A DNA stretch of 64,000 nt from Fimbriimonadia bacterium. GTDB lineage: Bacteria; Armatimonadota; Fimbriimonadia; Fimbriimonadales; JABRVX01. The stretch covers positions 96,001-160,000 of the forward strand of contig JBGPGO010000004.1 of assembly GCA_041483895.1 (NCBI GenBank). The letters run 5' to 3'. This document shows, one piece after another, positions 1-11,877 of the stretch. A program made the translations under genes and the position numbers. The notes under the pieces were generated by a model that did no database searches, was not told where the DNA came from, and saw nothing but the letters and a program-made list of their open reading frames with translations. Numbering within the stretch: the first letter of the stretch is position 1; the number at the start of each line of letters is the position of its first letter.

Positions 1-1
1 G

Positions 2-886
2 CAGGCGGTTCGCGACGCCGAGCGAAACATGCAGCCTGTCTCTTTGCGGTTGGGGATGCAGCAGGCCGGCCTCAGCCGACTGCGGCGATGGCAGAATTTG
101 ACGCGAGAGCCGCAACCGTTGCAACGATCGGGACCGCTGGGTTGGGATTGGGTGAAACGGCCGGCGCCGGAAATTCCGGAAGAGGATCTGCTTCGAATCG
201 CGGAATTTGTGCGGTCGGATGGGCAACCGTTGGCGGTCGTCGTCAACTATGCTGCGCATCCAACGATCTTCAGCGAGAAGATGCTGGAAGTTTCTGCCGA
301 GTACCCTGGAGAGCTGGCGCGGCGATGGGAGGGCAAACATCCCGGCGGCATGCTGCTGTTTATCAATGGAGCGCAGGGGGATCGGTCCCCAATTGCAGAC
401 GACGGCGTAACGGAAGAAGAGAAAATGCAGCGGTATGCCGGCCGCGTGCTTGGCATCGTCGAGAGGGCCGAGAAGGAAGCTATCATCTATCCCTTCGACG
501 GCATCAAAGTTCGGTCCGCCGAGATTCAGCTTCCCCCAGTGCAACCCCATCCACAGCTTGTTGAGCAGGTCGCGAAGCAGGGAATCAGCAAAGAATTGTT
601 GCAGAGAGTCGCCGAAGGGTTTATGCCAAAGACGACGATTTGCGTTTGGGGAAAAGTCGGCGCGTGGGAGTTTATTGCGGTTCCGGGGGAGCCAACGACC
701 ACTGTCGGGCGGGAACTGAGGCGAGGCTTTCCGCAAACAACCCACCTATTTGGCCTTGCCAATGATTGGATTGGATATATCCCCACCCCGGACCAATACA
801 GAGTCGGCGGGTATGAGGCGACCGTCTCGTTCAACGGGCCGGGCCTCGCGGCGGCAATTGTCAGAGCGTTCCGTTCCCTGCTGTGA
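2..886 (+). CDS. Neutral/alkaline non-lysosomal ceramidase family protein (5' truncated by window edge)
   Basis: Motifs NYAAHPT, FINGAQGDxSP, PGEP, GLANDWIGY, GGYEA; frame is open back to base 2. Confidence 0.75.
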   Translation, partial: QAVRDAERNMQPVSLRLGMQQAGLSRLRRWQNLTREPQPLQRSGPLGWDWVKRPAPEIPEEDLLRIAEFVRSDGQPLAVVVNYAAHPTIFSEKMLEVSAEYPGELARRWEGKHPGGMLLFINGAQGDRSPIADDGVTEEEKMQRYAGRVLGIVERAEKEAIIYPFDGIKVRSAEIQLPPVQPHPQLVEQVAKQGISKELLQRVAEGFMPKTTICVWGKVGAWEFIAVPGEPTTTVGRELRRGFPQTTHLFGLANDWIGYIPTPDQYRVGGYEATVSFNGPGLAAAIVRAFRSLL

Positions 887-962
887 GAAGACGCCGATTT
901 TTGCCGCGCCAAAAGACCCCGGCGCTCGAATGGCCGGGATCTCGGGCGGACAAATCCAACTC

Positions 963-1109
963 CTACTTCGCCGCGCCAATGCGGAAGATCTTGCCTCCGC
1001 AGGTAGGACAAAGACCCTTGACGGCCGGCTTGCCGTTTTTCAGCGTCGTGGTCTCCGGATCTTTGATTTCTTTATGGGCCTTACACTTCAAGCAGTAACC
1101 TTGGGCCAT
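963..1109 (-). CDS. Small zinc-ribbon protein (DUF5679-like), 48 aa
   Basis: YCLKCK...KNGKPAVKGLCPTCG; GGAGG RBS just upstream of ATG at 1109. Confidence 0.8.
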   Translation of the reverse strand: MAQGYCLKCKAHKEIKDPETTTLKNGKPAVKGLCPTCGGKIFRIGAAK

Positions 1110-1271
1110 ATCGTTCCTCCATTTGTACTGTGGGAGCCCGTGAGAGCATCGCAGTTGCGTTCGCGTGTACACCCTAACTCAGTAGGCTCTCGAATCAGCG
1201 GACCAGTGCGAATCGCACCAGTCATGGTAGGGAGTTTGCCGTACTGTGGGCCTATCCTGCAATCGGAACGA

Positions 1272-2093
1272 TTATTTTTGGAGGGAGATTTCCATGCCGT
1301 CGTAGCCGGGAACGACGCCTTGCGGCTCCAGAAGCTCGGTGAGACGTTCGTGGGTTGCGCCGCCGCGATGATCGTGGTGGGTCGTTACAACCATTGAATC
1401 CGGGCGCAGAGCGCCGATTTTGACCAACTTGTCCCGGGCCTGCAAAACCTCTTCGACATCAAGATGACCGGGGTATTCGTTCTTCACCATACCGTGACTG
1501 CAATCGATCACGAGCAGATCGATCGGCGCGGCCATCGCGGAGAGGAATTTCCATGTCGCTTCCGGCCACCAGCCCGTGTCCGTGGCATAGAGGAACCGCG
1601 ATTTGCCGTCATCGACGATCAGATTGAGTGCGTCTTCTCGCTCGAGATGGCCTGCTCGGATTCCCGTCAAGTCATACGAGCCGACGCGCGAAGTGTCGAA
1701 GGAGCTGAGGCAAAAGGTGCGAAGCAATTCGCTTTGCGCCAATTCGCTCGCAATGCGATGAAGAACGACATCGTTGCCACCCAACGCGAACTTTGGGCCA
1801 TGCCCGTTTAGGAACGGCGGCAACAGATACTGCAGCTCGCGAATGGCAAAGTGATCGTCGTCCGAATGGGTAAAAACCACGTTGTCCCACGCTGTTGCAT
1901 TCAGGCGGTCCCGGTGGATTTGGCAGAGAGTATCGGGTCCCAAATCGATCTTTAGCGCGCCGTCCACAAGGGCGCTGGATCGGCTCCGAATCTCCTTGCC
2001 TCCAACTTCCCGTGCGTGATTGCACACGTCGCAGCAGCAGAACAGTGCCGGAATTCCCTCGCATGCCGACGTCCCAAGCAGCCTTACTTTCAT
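1272..2093 (-). CDS. MBL-fold metallo-hydrolase (PhnP-like)
   Basis: LGTSACEGIP-CxCxxC, THSDDDH, YATDTG, GYDGM motifs; start placed at MKVRLLG. Confidence 0.85.
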   Translation of the reverse strand: MKVRLLGTSACEGIPALFCCCDVCNHAREVGGKEIRSRSSALVDGALKIDLGPDTLCQIHRDRLNATAWDNVVFTHSDDDHFAIRELQYLLPPFLNGHGPKFALGGNDVVLHRIASELAQSELLRTFCLSSFDTSRVGSYDLTGIRAGHLEREDALNLIVDDGKSRFLYATDTGWWPEATWKFLSAMAAPIDLLVIDCSHGMVKNEYPGHLDVEEVLQARDKLVKIGALRPDSMVVTTHHDHRGGATHERLTELLEPQGVVPGYDGMEISLQK

Positions 2094-2671
2094 CGTCGCG
2101 CCCCCATCAAGTTTTCTACCCACGGCCAAAACAGTAGGCCGGCGGGCGGGTCGCGAAATTCGCGCCCAATGATCCAGACGGGAATATGTATGCCATGTTC
2201 GGCATGGTCCCGGCAGATCAGGTGGAAAGCCCCAAGTAGGTCCGATCCTGATCGAACGGTCATCTCTCCCTCGATGACCACGCTGATTGACGGGGTTACG
2301 GCGGGCAGTTCATCGGTTTCCAAAATCGGCAGTTCAAACAGCATCCCGGTCGCTTCGATCAGGGCCTTCGCCTCGCGTATCTCCTCGGGGGTCGAAGTCG
2401 AAGTGGGCAGTTGGTCGAGAGATGCGAGACCGGCAATCGCCCCAGGATGAGTGTACAGCCGATCGGTTTGGTCCTCGACGATAACGCCTTCCCTTCGCCA
2501 GCCGGCAATCAAATTGGCCGTCCGCATGGGGGCGACGAATCGGCTTCGATCGGCGGGTCGCCGGTCGTGCGCCAGCAGCATCGGAGCCTCGTGGGCCAAG
2601 AAATCTTCCATTGTGTGTTGCGGAGTGGCGGCAAATCGATAGGCCCGGAATGGCAGCAGCGTCAGTGGCAT
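2090..2671 (-). CDS. Hypothetical protein, N-terminus resembles DUF1015
   Basis: PFRAYR start and WxxEGV motif; 4-bp overlap with downstream gene. Confidence 0.5.
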   Translation of the reverse strand: MPLTLLPFRAYRFAATPQHTMEDFLAHEAPMLLAHDRRPADRSRFVAPMRTANLIAGWRREGVIVEDQTDRLYTHPGAIAGLASLDQLPTSTSTPEEIREAKALIEATGMLFELPILETDELPAVTPSISVVIEGEMTVRSGSDLLGAFHLICRDHAEHGIHIPVWIIGREFRDPPAGLLFWPWVENLMGARR

Positions 2672-2674
2672 CGC

Positions 2675-2908
2675 TTAGAATCGTTTGCGGTTGCGGGGCT
2701 CGAAATGGTAGCCCAGCAACCCTCCTCGGATTTCTTTGTCATACATACGCTGAATGATCGGCTCTCGGAATTCGTTGAACACGCAGATCACCCTCACCCC
2801 GAGCATTTGGGCCACTTGGGTGGCATCCTCCTTGCTTCGCGGGTTCAGTTTCTGCGAGCGGCAGGTTTCGGTGTCGGCATTGTATAGCGAGCAGTCACGA
2901 CAATCCAT
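2675..2908 (-). CDS. Small Cys-containing hypothetical protein
   Basis: MDCRDC...C...C; GAGGTG RBS; 3 bp from next gene. Confidence 0.65.
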   Translation of the reverse strand: MDCRDCSLYNADTETCRSQKLNPRSKEDATQVAQMLGVRVICVFNEFREPIIQRMYDKEIRGGLLGYHFEPRNRKRF

Positions 2909-3003
2909 GAATCACCTCGCTCCGTAGCCTTCTCTCCCTAGTAATCATGTCCGCAAAAGTTCCCGGCAACCAGGTTTCTATCGCAAATCGGGACATAAGA
3001 CCC

Positions 3004-3040
3004 TCCCATCCCTTCACAGTCTGACTGTGAAGGGATGGGA
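3004..3040. repeat. Perfect 18-bp inverted repeat (1-nt centre)
   Basis: TCCCATCCCTTCACAGTC-T-GACTGTGAAGGGATGGGA. Confidence 0.9.
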
Positions 3041-3055
3041 CGACAACCCCCGCGT

Positions 3056-3169
3056 TGTGTCGGGGTCCTCGCCTGACGACCACCTTACAATTACCGCGAC
3101 CTAAGCTGTGTCGGGGTCCTCGCCTGACGACCACCTTACGATTACCGCGACCTAAGACCCCGACACAGC
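3056..3169. repeat. 51-bp tandem duplication ending in an inverted copy of its start (REP-like)
   Basis: Units start at 3056 and 3107 with one internal mismatch; GACCCCGACACAGC (3156-3169) is the reverse complement of GCTGTGTCGGGGTC (3105-3118). Confidence 0.85.
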
Positions 3170-3199
3170 GTTTCGGCAATGGCGTTGGGAAGCCGTCCC

Positions 3200-3745
3200 T
3201 TATCCATTGCCCGTCAGGGCCTCGGACTTCAGCACGCCGATGTAGGGCAGGTTGCGGTACTTTTGCCGCCAATCGAGACCATAGCCGACCACAAACAGGT
3301 CCGGGATATCGAAACCGCGGTACTGGATCGGCACGTCCGCAATCCGGCGGCGAGGGCGATCCAGCAGGACGGCCACGCGAAGCGTTTTCGGACCCCTGCG
3401 CTCGATATTTTTATAGATGTATGCGAGAGTAAGGCCGGTGTCCACAATGTCTTCGACGATCACCACGTTGCGGCCCTGAATGCTTTCATCCAGGTCCTTC
3501 GTGATGCGGACCTCGCCGCTCTCCACAGCCGTACCGTAGCTGCTGATTGCCATAAAATCGAAGGAGTTGGGTACGGTGAGATGGCGGACAAGGTCGGTCA
3601 GAAAGAACACGCCGCCCTTAAGCACGGTCACGAGATGCACCCCATCGGGATAGTCTTCCGAAATCTCCGCGGCAATCTTCTTGATTCTCGCCCGCAGCCG
3701 CGCTTCGGAGATCAGGACTTCCTCGGCATCCGGATGAACCTGCAT
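3200..3745 (-). CDS. hpt: Hypoxanthine phosphoribosyltransferase
   Basis: VLKGG, SSY, IVEDIVDTGLTL PRPP-binding motif, FVVGYGLD...YRNLPYI. Confidence 0.95.
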   Translation of the reverse strand: MQVHPDAEEVLISEARLRARIKKIAAEISEDYPDGVHLVTVLKGGVFFLTDLVRHLTVPNSFDFMAISSYGTAVESGEVRITKDLDESIQGRNVVIVEDIVDTGLTLAYIYKNIERRGPKTLRVAVLLDRPRRRIADVPIQYRGFDIPDLFVVGYGLDWRQKYRNLPYIGVLKSEALTGNG

Positions 3746-3755
3746 GCCCTACAGG

Positions 3756-4877
3756 TTACCCCGCCAGTATCTCGACGTTCGCCCTGGGAACCCTGACTTC
3801 TTCTCCAGACTGCAGCTTCGCGTACAGAATTCGCACTTCAGCCCCGGATTCAATCTCGACAAGCTCATGCGGCAGTTGGGTCACCGTGGCCAGCGACCCA
3901 AAGTACGGCTCTCGAATCACTCGAATCGGCGTGCCGATGTCCAGCGTCTGATCTGTTTCCTCCGCAGGCTTCTCAGTCATCTTCTCCGTCAGAGGCACGA
4001 CGATCTCAGGACGGATTACGCCCGCTCGGATCTGCGTCGCTCCATTGATCGACGCATGCTTTCCATCCAACGATTTCAGCAGATAAAATGTTCGCTCGGC
4101 CATCGCGAGCATCCCAAACCCTTCTGTCAGGATAATGCTCAGCGGGATGTCTTCTTGGCCAGTAATCGCGACGCCGATGTCGAAGCCGAGGAATTGGACA
4201 AGGTCGGAATCTTTAATCCCTCCGCAAACGATCCCAACCGCTCCGGCCTGGACCGCGGAACGTATTCCCGCGGCGGTCACGCCGGCCCCGCCGACAACGA
4301 TTTTGCCCTTGTGCTCCGGCTTGAAATGCCCGGAATCCAGAATCTCGTCCGGTCCGCTGACGACCGTGATGATCTCCCCGCTTCGCTCCCCACCGACGCC
4401 AAAAATTCCTTGGATGAGCGCCCCTTCGGCCTCGATCTCCGCACCGCGCCCGTCCTGCACGGCGACCACCGTGCCGTTGATGTAGGCGGTCTTATCGATC
4501 GGGATCGGCGGCTCGCGCAGCGCCATGTGCCCGGATATTGGAAAGAGCGCCTCGAAGGTTCCGTCGACCGGCGCCGCGACGGAAGTCTTGAACAGACCCA
4601 AGAATCCCTTCGTCTCGCCGAGCAGCTGACCCTTCGTGATCGGATCGCCCTCTTTGACGAGAAGGAAATTGCGTACCTCTTTCGGCTCGACACCCAACAG
4701 TTCCGTGAACTTCACGGTCTGAATCATGCCGGGCAATTCGGCTCGAGCGATGATTGTATTGGGCTCAACCGTGTCGCCGGTCTTTACAAGCACCTGCCCA
4801 TTGATCGGCAACTGCCTGCTCTTTCGGATTTTTGTATAGCCGCTGACGGTGAGTCCGGGAGTATAGGCGCTACCCAA
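3756..4877 (-). CDS. Conserved hypothetical protein (AYTPGL N-terminus, barrel-sandwich-hybrid-like repeats, KOW-like C-terminus)
   Basis: TTG start at 4877 with GGAGG RBS; motifs GATQIRAGVIRPE and VPRANVE. Confidence 0.7.
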   Translation of the reverse strand: MGSAYTPGLTVSGYTKIRKSRQLPINGQVLVKTGDTVEPNTIIARAELPGMIQTVKFTELLGVEPKEVRNFLLVKEGDPITKGQLLGETKGFLGLFKTSVAAPVDGTFEALFPISGHMALREPPIPIDKTAYINGTVVAVQDGRGAEIEAEGALIQGIFGVGGERSGEIITVVSGPDEILDSGHFKPEHKGKIVVGGAGVTAAGIRSAVQAGAVGIVCGGIKDSDLVQFLGFDIGVAITGQEDIPLSIILTEGFGMLAMAERTFYLLKSLDGKHASINGATQIRAGVIRPEIVVPLTEKMTEKPAEETDQTLDIGTPIRVIREPYFGSLATVTQLPHELVEIESGAEVRILYAKLQSGEEVRVPRANVEILAG

Positions 4878-5165
4878 GTTTCCTCCTGCCTGCAATGTTG
4901 CTAAATATCCCAAGCCCGATCAGTAGGATTGCCGGGCGGAGGACGATGAGACAAAGACACTCGTGAGAATTAGGATACCGAGTGTAGCATGGGTCCGGAA
5001 GCTGAAGTCAAACGCGTGTTATAATTGAACCGGCGAACGGAGATGCAACAACTCGGCGGCTATGTTTGTCGGTCCTTGCTGTCCGTAGTGTCTCCAGGAA
5101 CCAAAAATAGGAGTGGAAACCTATGTCGCCCGCTCTGTCGACAAAAACGGCAGGCGGGCGATGTC

Positions 5166-6533
5166 TTATGCCTCTCCGTCGTCGCCAACCGGCTGCGTGT
5201 TCTTGGCGCCCGCCGGGGCGGGACCGTGCGCGACGATCCGGGTGTTGGGAATGTAATGACTACCCCCCAACGCTTCCTTCCGAATCAACTTTTCGCCTTT
5301 GTACACATACCGCCACGATCGGCAGCTCCAACCACGCCCGCCCTTTTCCACAACTTTCCTAGATCCGGGACGCAGCGTCGGATCGACGGTGTCCTTCACT
5401 TCAAAGCCGAATGCCCTCTTATCGGTAACGATGATCTTGTAGGAAGGCTGGTTCTCATCTTTTGTGCCGAGAATTCGGATGGTGATCCGTCCGGGCCTGT
5501 ACTCAGTAACCACGGCAACCGGCCCCTTCGTGGTATTGCGGAATCGAAGGTCCTTGCTTCCGAAGTTAACTGTGGCATCTCTGCCCAATGGGACGTAATC
5601 GATCGCCATCTGGTGATTGTGCCGCTCGAGAATCTTCATGCCGGACAAGAGCGCCGAATTGTAGAGCGTCGAGGACACCTGGCAGACGCCGCCGCCGACG
5701 CCGGGAACATGCTTGCCGTTTTTCAGCGTCGGCGCAATCAGGAAACCGCGCGCTGTGGACCGCAAGCCAACTGTCTTGTTGTAGGAGAACTCCTCGCCGG
5801 GCAACACAATGTGGCCGTTCAGAAGACCCGTCGCCAGTTTGATGTTATGCGCTCGCGTTCCTTGGGATGAGCGGAAGCTGGTGGTCCAACCGCCCAACTC
5901 GCACGTGATCTTCTTGAGCGTTTCTTCCGTCGCGCTGCCGTATGCCTGGGCGAACTCAACTTCAGCGTGCAACCCCGGCTGGACAAAGGCCTTTTCGATG
6001 TTCACCAGCGTGGCGTCGGGATCCAGCTCCCATCCCGGTTTTCCTCTCTGAATTTGGATGTTGCCTGCTGCGTATGTGAATTTGGCGTTTTCCGCCGGCA
6101 CGTTGAATCGGGTCAGTTTGATCGCCCACTTTTCGTAGGCCGCTCGATCCACGTTCCATTTCGCGGTTGCAGATGGCGGCAGGGCAACGGCGACGCGCCG
6201 ATTCGGCAGGCGGGACAATGGCGCATATTTCATCGCCTCCGCAACAGACCTCTTGGCATCGAGCTGAATGCCTGCGGTTGCGGGATCCACGATTTCGGAC
6301 TTCTGGCGGCGGATGAGATGCGACGCGAGTTCGACGGCATTATGCCGGCGCGGTTCCCACAATGCAGCGACCGATCGTTCCGCTTCCTCCACCGTCAACC
6401 CGGAAATATCTATTCCCGCAGCGGTCGCTCCTGTTGGAAAGCGGGGCTGGAAGATCGACAGAAATGCCGCCGCGCCGCCCCCTATCAGGGCAGCGCTAAT
6501 AAGACCACCGGCAACCCACCTGTTCAACCTCAC
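5166..6533 (-). CDS. VanW family protein with N-terminal membrane anchor and C-terminal G5 domain
   Basis: RAHNIKLA, FSYNKTVG, GGGVCQVSSTLYN, GRDATV motifs; GTG start placed at 6533. Confidence 0.9.
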   Translation of the reverse strand: MRLNRWVAGGLISAALIGGGAAAFLSIFQPRFPTGATAAGIDISGLTVEEAERSVAALWEPRRHNAVELASHLIRRQKSEIVDPATAGIQLDAKRSVAEAMKYAPLSRLPNRRVAVALPPSATAKWNVDRAAYEKWAIKLTRFNVPAENAKFTYAAGNIQIQRGKPGWELDPDATLVNIEKAFVQPGLHAEVEFAQAYGSATEETLKKITCELGGWTTSFRSSQGTRAHNIKLATGLLNGHIVLPGEEFSYNKTVGLRSTARGFLIAPTLKNGKHVPGVGGGVCQVSSTLYNSALLSGMKILERHNHQMAIDYVPLGRDATVNFGSKDLRFRNTTKGPVAVVTEYRPGRITIRILGTKDENQPSYKIIVTDKRAFGFEVKDTVDPTLRPGSRKVVEKGGRGWSCRSWRYVYKGEKLIRKEALGGSHYIPNTRIVAHGPAPAGAKNTQPVGDDGEA

Positions 6534-6537
6534 GTCC

Positions 6538-7940
<1,403 letters not shown>

Positions 7941-7953
<13 letters not shown>

Positions 7954-8618
7954 TTTTGCGAGCCCTTGTCCTTGGGCTCGGCCCTCTCTTCAAATCTGGA
8001 TTCTAGCTGTCGCAGCCTTTCCGCCAATTCGTTGATCGCCGATTGTTCCGGATCCAAAAGGTTCAACTTGTCATCCATCACTGGCTCTAGCTGCCGTACC
8101 CCGGCCTGAATGATGATTCGACCCGGAACGCCGACCACCGTGCAGTTTGCGGGCACATCTTGATTAACGACGGCATTCGCTCCGATTTTACAATGGTCCC
8201 CTACCGTAATGGGACCTATTATTTTCGCGCCCATGCCAATGAGGACGCTATTTCCAATAGTCGGGTGCCGTTTCTTCTTTTCCAAGGACGATCCGCCCAA
8301 TGTGACTCCGTGATAGATCAGGCAGTCGTCTCCCACTTCCGCTGTCTCTCCGATGACGACGCCCATCCCATGATCGATAAAAAGCCTTCTTCCAACCCGC
8401 GCTCCGGGATGGATTTCAATGCCGGTTAGGAATCGTGACATGTGCGAACAGAGGCGGGACGGCGCGCGCAGCTTCATTTTCCAGAAAACGTGGGCGAATC
8501 GATGGTTCCAAACCGCCCAAAGGCCGGGATAGAAGATAACTTCGAATAGTGATCGCGCGGCAGGGTCTTTTCGGAAAACGGTCCGGATATCTTCCGCCAT
8601 GCGTCCGAAAAGGTTCAT
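7941..8618 (-). CDS. cysE: Serine O-acetyltransferase
   Basis: [34 protein letters not shown]; start placed at MNLFGR. Confidence 0.95.
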
Positions 8619-9071
8619 TATTGGGGCTGCGCTCCGTAAGAAGTATACCCGCGGCGCGGTAGCGAAAATAGCCCGCATCGCGGATATTCCACGAGACAGG
8701 CACAGTTCACCCTTAGGATCACTCGACGTTCTTTTCGAGCGGACCCGATACTATTCCGCGTCCTAACGCGGGGGTCGCGAACGACGAGAACAGCCTGCAG
8801 ACACTCCATTCCCTTGCGGATATAAATGATTGCGAACGGGCAAGGACATGGATCGGCTCGTTCTACACCCCTGACGCGGCCTAGGAACAGTATAAGTTCG
8901 AATAAATGTATTGTTTTCCCGGCCGGCCGGAAGCACGCTATTTGGTTTTCTCAGACGACTAGTTCTCGGAGAACGTGTTGGAATCCCTTTCGGAATTCCT
9001 CGTCTAAACACTAGTCGTGATCAACTGTCCCAAAAGTTCACCTTTGCCCATTTTTTTTGTGAAATTCAGTG

Positions 9072-9788
9072 TTATTGGCCGCCGAAGAAGACCGAAGAGA
9101 CCTGCGGCAGGCTCGAAAGCTCCTCCACAGCCTTCGCGATGGCTCGGTGAGAAGCGGCGCCGACCTTGATGATCAAATCGTAGGTCCCGCTTTCATTTTG
9201 AGATCGCTCGAAACCGGCCATATCGAGGCCGGCCGATGCGAGCGCGCCGAATACCGGTGTAGCCGCTCCATCGGTCGTTAGGGTCAAGTGCAGCTCATGC
9301 AGCTCTTTGTAGCCCAAAATTCGAGAAGTGAAAGCCTCGACGACGACTAATGTGATGATGGTGAGGACGGTTGCCACCACCGCGACCGCATAGAATTGGC
9401 CCCCAAGCCCCACCGCCATCCCTATGGCAGCCGCGATCCAGATGCTGGCGGCGGAGGTCAGGCCCTTGACTTCCCCGCCCCTTCGCAGAATGGTTCCCGC
9501 GCCCAGAAACCCGACCCCGGAGACGATCTGGGCCGCAATCCGGGAGGGATCGGCGCCGTGCCCGAAATTGATGGAGATGTCGGTCATCAGGGTGCTGCCG
9601 ACAACAATCAGCATGTGAGTGCGGACCCCGGCCGGCCGCCCCGCGCGCTCCCTTTCCCAACCGACGATTCCGCCCAAAAGCGCTGCCAAGCCGAGTTTTA
9701 AGGCAGTTTCCAAGAAGAGGCCCGGGTTCGTGATGCCAAACGCGTCCACGGGGTTCGGTTCGCCGTATTCGCTCCTCGTCCTTCGCAA
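9072..9788 (-). CDS. MgtC/SapB family membrane protein
   Basis: GWERE...AGVRTH, DPSRIAAQIVSGVGFLGAG, GLTSAASIW. Confidence 0.92.
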   Translation of the reverse strand: MRRTRSEYGEPNPVDAFGITNPGLFLETALKLGLAALLGGIVGWERERAGRPAGVRTHMLIVVGSTLMTDISINFGHGADPSRIAAQIVSGVGFLGAGTILRRGGEVKGLTSAASIWIAAAIGMAVGLGGQFYAVAVVATVLTIITLVVVEAFTSRILGYKELHELHLTLTTDGAATPVFGALASAGLDMAGFERSQNESGTYDLIIKVGAASHRAIAKAVEELSSLPQVSSVFFGGQ

Positions 9789-9826
9789 TCGAAATCAAAC
9801 CTTTTGCTAACCCTAGCCTGAGGGTA

Positions 9827-9856
9827 TTGACAGGCTCTATTTCCATTGACTACACT
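9827..9856 (+). promoter_or_regulatory. Putative sigma70-type promoter for sigH
   Basis: TTGACA (9827-9832), 18-nt spacer, TACACT (9851-9856). Confidence 0.55.
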
Positions 9857-9858
9857 TC

Positions 9859-10560
9859 GTGACGAGCAGGCACTGCATTGAATTACCGTTTGAATTCCTA
9901 GGAAGAGTGTGGAGGGCGAACTTGATCGCTCCTGGTATTTCCGATACGCCGGGGTTGTGTTTTGGGAGAATGCAGGATGAGGACGTCGTCCGTATCGCCA
10001 AGCGGGGAGACTTCCGCGCGACCGAATATCTGATCGGACGCTACCGAACTCTTGTCGAAAGCAAAGCCCGGGCCTATTTCTTGATTGGCGCAGACCACGA
10101 AGACGTCATTCAGGAAGGCATGATCGGCCTCTGCAAGGCGATCCGTGACTTCCGTAGCGATCGGCTTTCCAAATTTCGACCTTTTGCGGAGCTATGCGTC
10201 ACCCGGCAGATCATCACTGCCGTCAAGACCGCTACCAGGCAAAAACACGGGCCTCTGAACGCCTATGTCTCCCTCAACCGGCCGGTTTCCCCGGATGACA
10301 TGGATGGTTCCCTGATGGATGTCATTCCTGACCGGAACAGCGCCGACCCCGAGGCTCTCCTCATGGTCCGGAAGCTGCCCGTCAACCTCCACGCGGCGGT
10401 CGAACCCGTTCTCAGCGACCTGGAAGGCAGGGTTTTGAAGTGCTACTTAGACGGCAAATCTTACCGGGAAATGTCCGTCGAGCTGGAATGCCACACCAAG
10501 TCTATCGACAATGCCCTTCAGCGTGTGAAACGCAAGATCGGGCAGCTTTTTAAGGACTAA
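9859..10560 (+). CDS. sigH: RNA polymerase sigma factor SigH family (start may be further downstream)
   Basis: YFLIGADHEDVIQEGMIGL, FAELCVTRQIITAVKTATRQKH, KSIDNALQRVKRK. Confidence 0.9.
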   Translation: MTSRHCIELPFEFLGRVWRANLIAPGISDTPGLCFGRMQDEDVVRIAKRGDFRATEYLIGRYRTLVESKARAYFLIGADHEDVIQEGMIGLCKAIRDFRSDRLSKFRPFAELCVTRQIITAVKTATRQKHGPLNAYVSLNRPVSPDDMDGSLMDVIPDRNSADPEALLMVRKLPVNLHAAVEPVLSDLEGRVLKCYLDGKSYREMSVELECHTKSIDNALQRVKRKIGQLFKD

Positions 10561-10650
10561 ACCCGCCTCAACATCCTGCCGACACTGTTGAATGTGAGCA
10601 GTGCCTGTGCAAGCGACTGTGCGTTCTTGCTCTTCTGAGGAGGTTGCTTC

Positions 10651-11877
10651 ATGTTTGGATGGTTTTCGCCTATGAGGGGATATTCGTACCGAATTGCCGG
10701 TCTGGCCGTCGGTCTGGCGACAGTCGGTTGGATGGCAGGCTGCGGCGGCGGCGGCAGCAACAACGACCCCAACACCGCTTTCAACGGCGGCATTTTTAGT
10801 AACGGCGCTTCCCGCGGCAGGGCCGCCCAGCCGATCGCGGGCGCGAATGTCGCCATTTCTGTCTACACGACCGGAGAAAACCTCGGCAGCGCCACCTCCG
10901 ATGCCAATGGGAGCTTTAGCGCCAGCATCCGCACCCTGCCCCCCGGCACGGTGCTGCTGCTTGTCGGAACAGGCTCGACGGCAGGCGGAGCGGTCACCGT
11001 CAAGGGACTGATTGGCATGCCGAGTGCGGGCGCCGTCATCCGCGTCGATCCGGAGACTACAATTGCCGCCAATGGGCTGGCTCGCGTGGTCACCGCCGGG
11101 GCATCGAAGAACGTGATTACGGCGGACGTGGCCGCGCAGGCGCTTAACGCTGTCCGGGCGGCTACCGCAGCCGGTTCCGTCGACCTGGATACCGTCGATT
11201 TCCGCAGCCAAGCCTCCGTCGACGCGGCAACAACGGCGGCGGTCGGCAACGTGGCCCTCGTGACCTCAAACACCACTGCCCGGGTTTTCGTCGACAACGT
11301 GGACACCGGCAAGAACGCCCCGCACCTGGAAGTTGCATTGGCCGCCGGGGCCCACACGTTCCGGGTCCAGACCAGCACCCAGACTTCTGAGAACTCGGTG
11401 AACGTGCCGGCGGACGGCGCGGCATGGGTCGATCTGAACCTGGTCTCCGGCGGCGGGTCGGTTCCGAGTTCCGGAACTTTTGGCGGCTCGATGACATTCA
11501 ACGTCAACGACGAGACAATCGCCAGTCCGGCATCCGCAGTGAGCATCCAGCAGGTGGACGGCTTCCCGAACAAGCGATTGGTTACCATTAGCCTGCACGG
11601 CGTGAACGGCCTACCCCTGGACCGGGCGATCCACCTTCAGGGAACGGCCGATGCAACGGCGGGGGATAAGCTGTCTGGATCAGCCGGTTCGGCGAGCGGA
11701 TCGACGATTCGGGCCGATTTCGTGAGCGGCACGAGCACGGTCACGCAATTCCAGGAGATTGTGGAGAGTTCCACATTCAATCTCACGTTCAACGCGGACG
11801 GGACCGTGAGCTTCACTTTGAGCGCGAACTCGGCGCTGCTGTCGGGGAGCGCTTCCGGGACCTTGCCCGGACTCTAG
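10651..11877 (+). CDS. Lipoprotein with Ig/transthyretin-like and PEGA-like beta domains
   Basis: Lipobox MAG-C followed by GGGGS; Ala/Gly/Thr/Ser-rich; ARVFVDNVDTG PEGA-like motif; GAGGAGG RBS. Confidence 0.7.
   Translation: MFGWFSPMRGYSYRIAGLAVGLATVGWMAGCGGGGSNNDPNTAFNGGIFSNGASRGRAAQPIAGANVAISVYTTGENLGSATSDANGSFSASIRTLPPGTVLLLVGTGSTAGGAVTVKGLIGMPSAGAVIRVDPETTIAANGLARVVTAGASKNVITADVAAQALNAVRAATAAGSVDLDTVDFRSQASVDAATTAAVGNVALVTSNTTARVFVDNVDTGKNAPHLEVALAAGAHTFRVQTSTQTSENSVNVPADGAAWVDLNLVSGGGSVPSSGTFGGSMTFNVNDETIASPASAVSIQQVDGFPNKRLVTISLHGVNGLPLDRAIHLQGTADATAGDKLSGSAGSASGSTIRADFVSGTSTVTQFQEIVESSTFNLTFNADGTVSFTLSANSALLSGSASGTLPGL

Noticed and set aside
3056..3169. Possible CRISPR array
   Set aside because: Only two near-identical 51-bp units with no unique spacers, and no cas genes in the window.
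8620..9070. T-box or other riboswitch upstream of cysE-cysS
   Set aside because: No T-box consensus (GGTGGxACCGCG) or terminator/antiterminator recognised on the minus strand.
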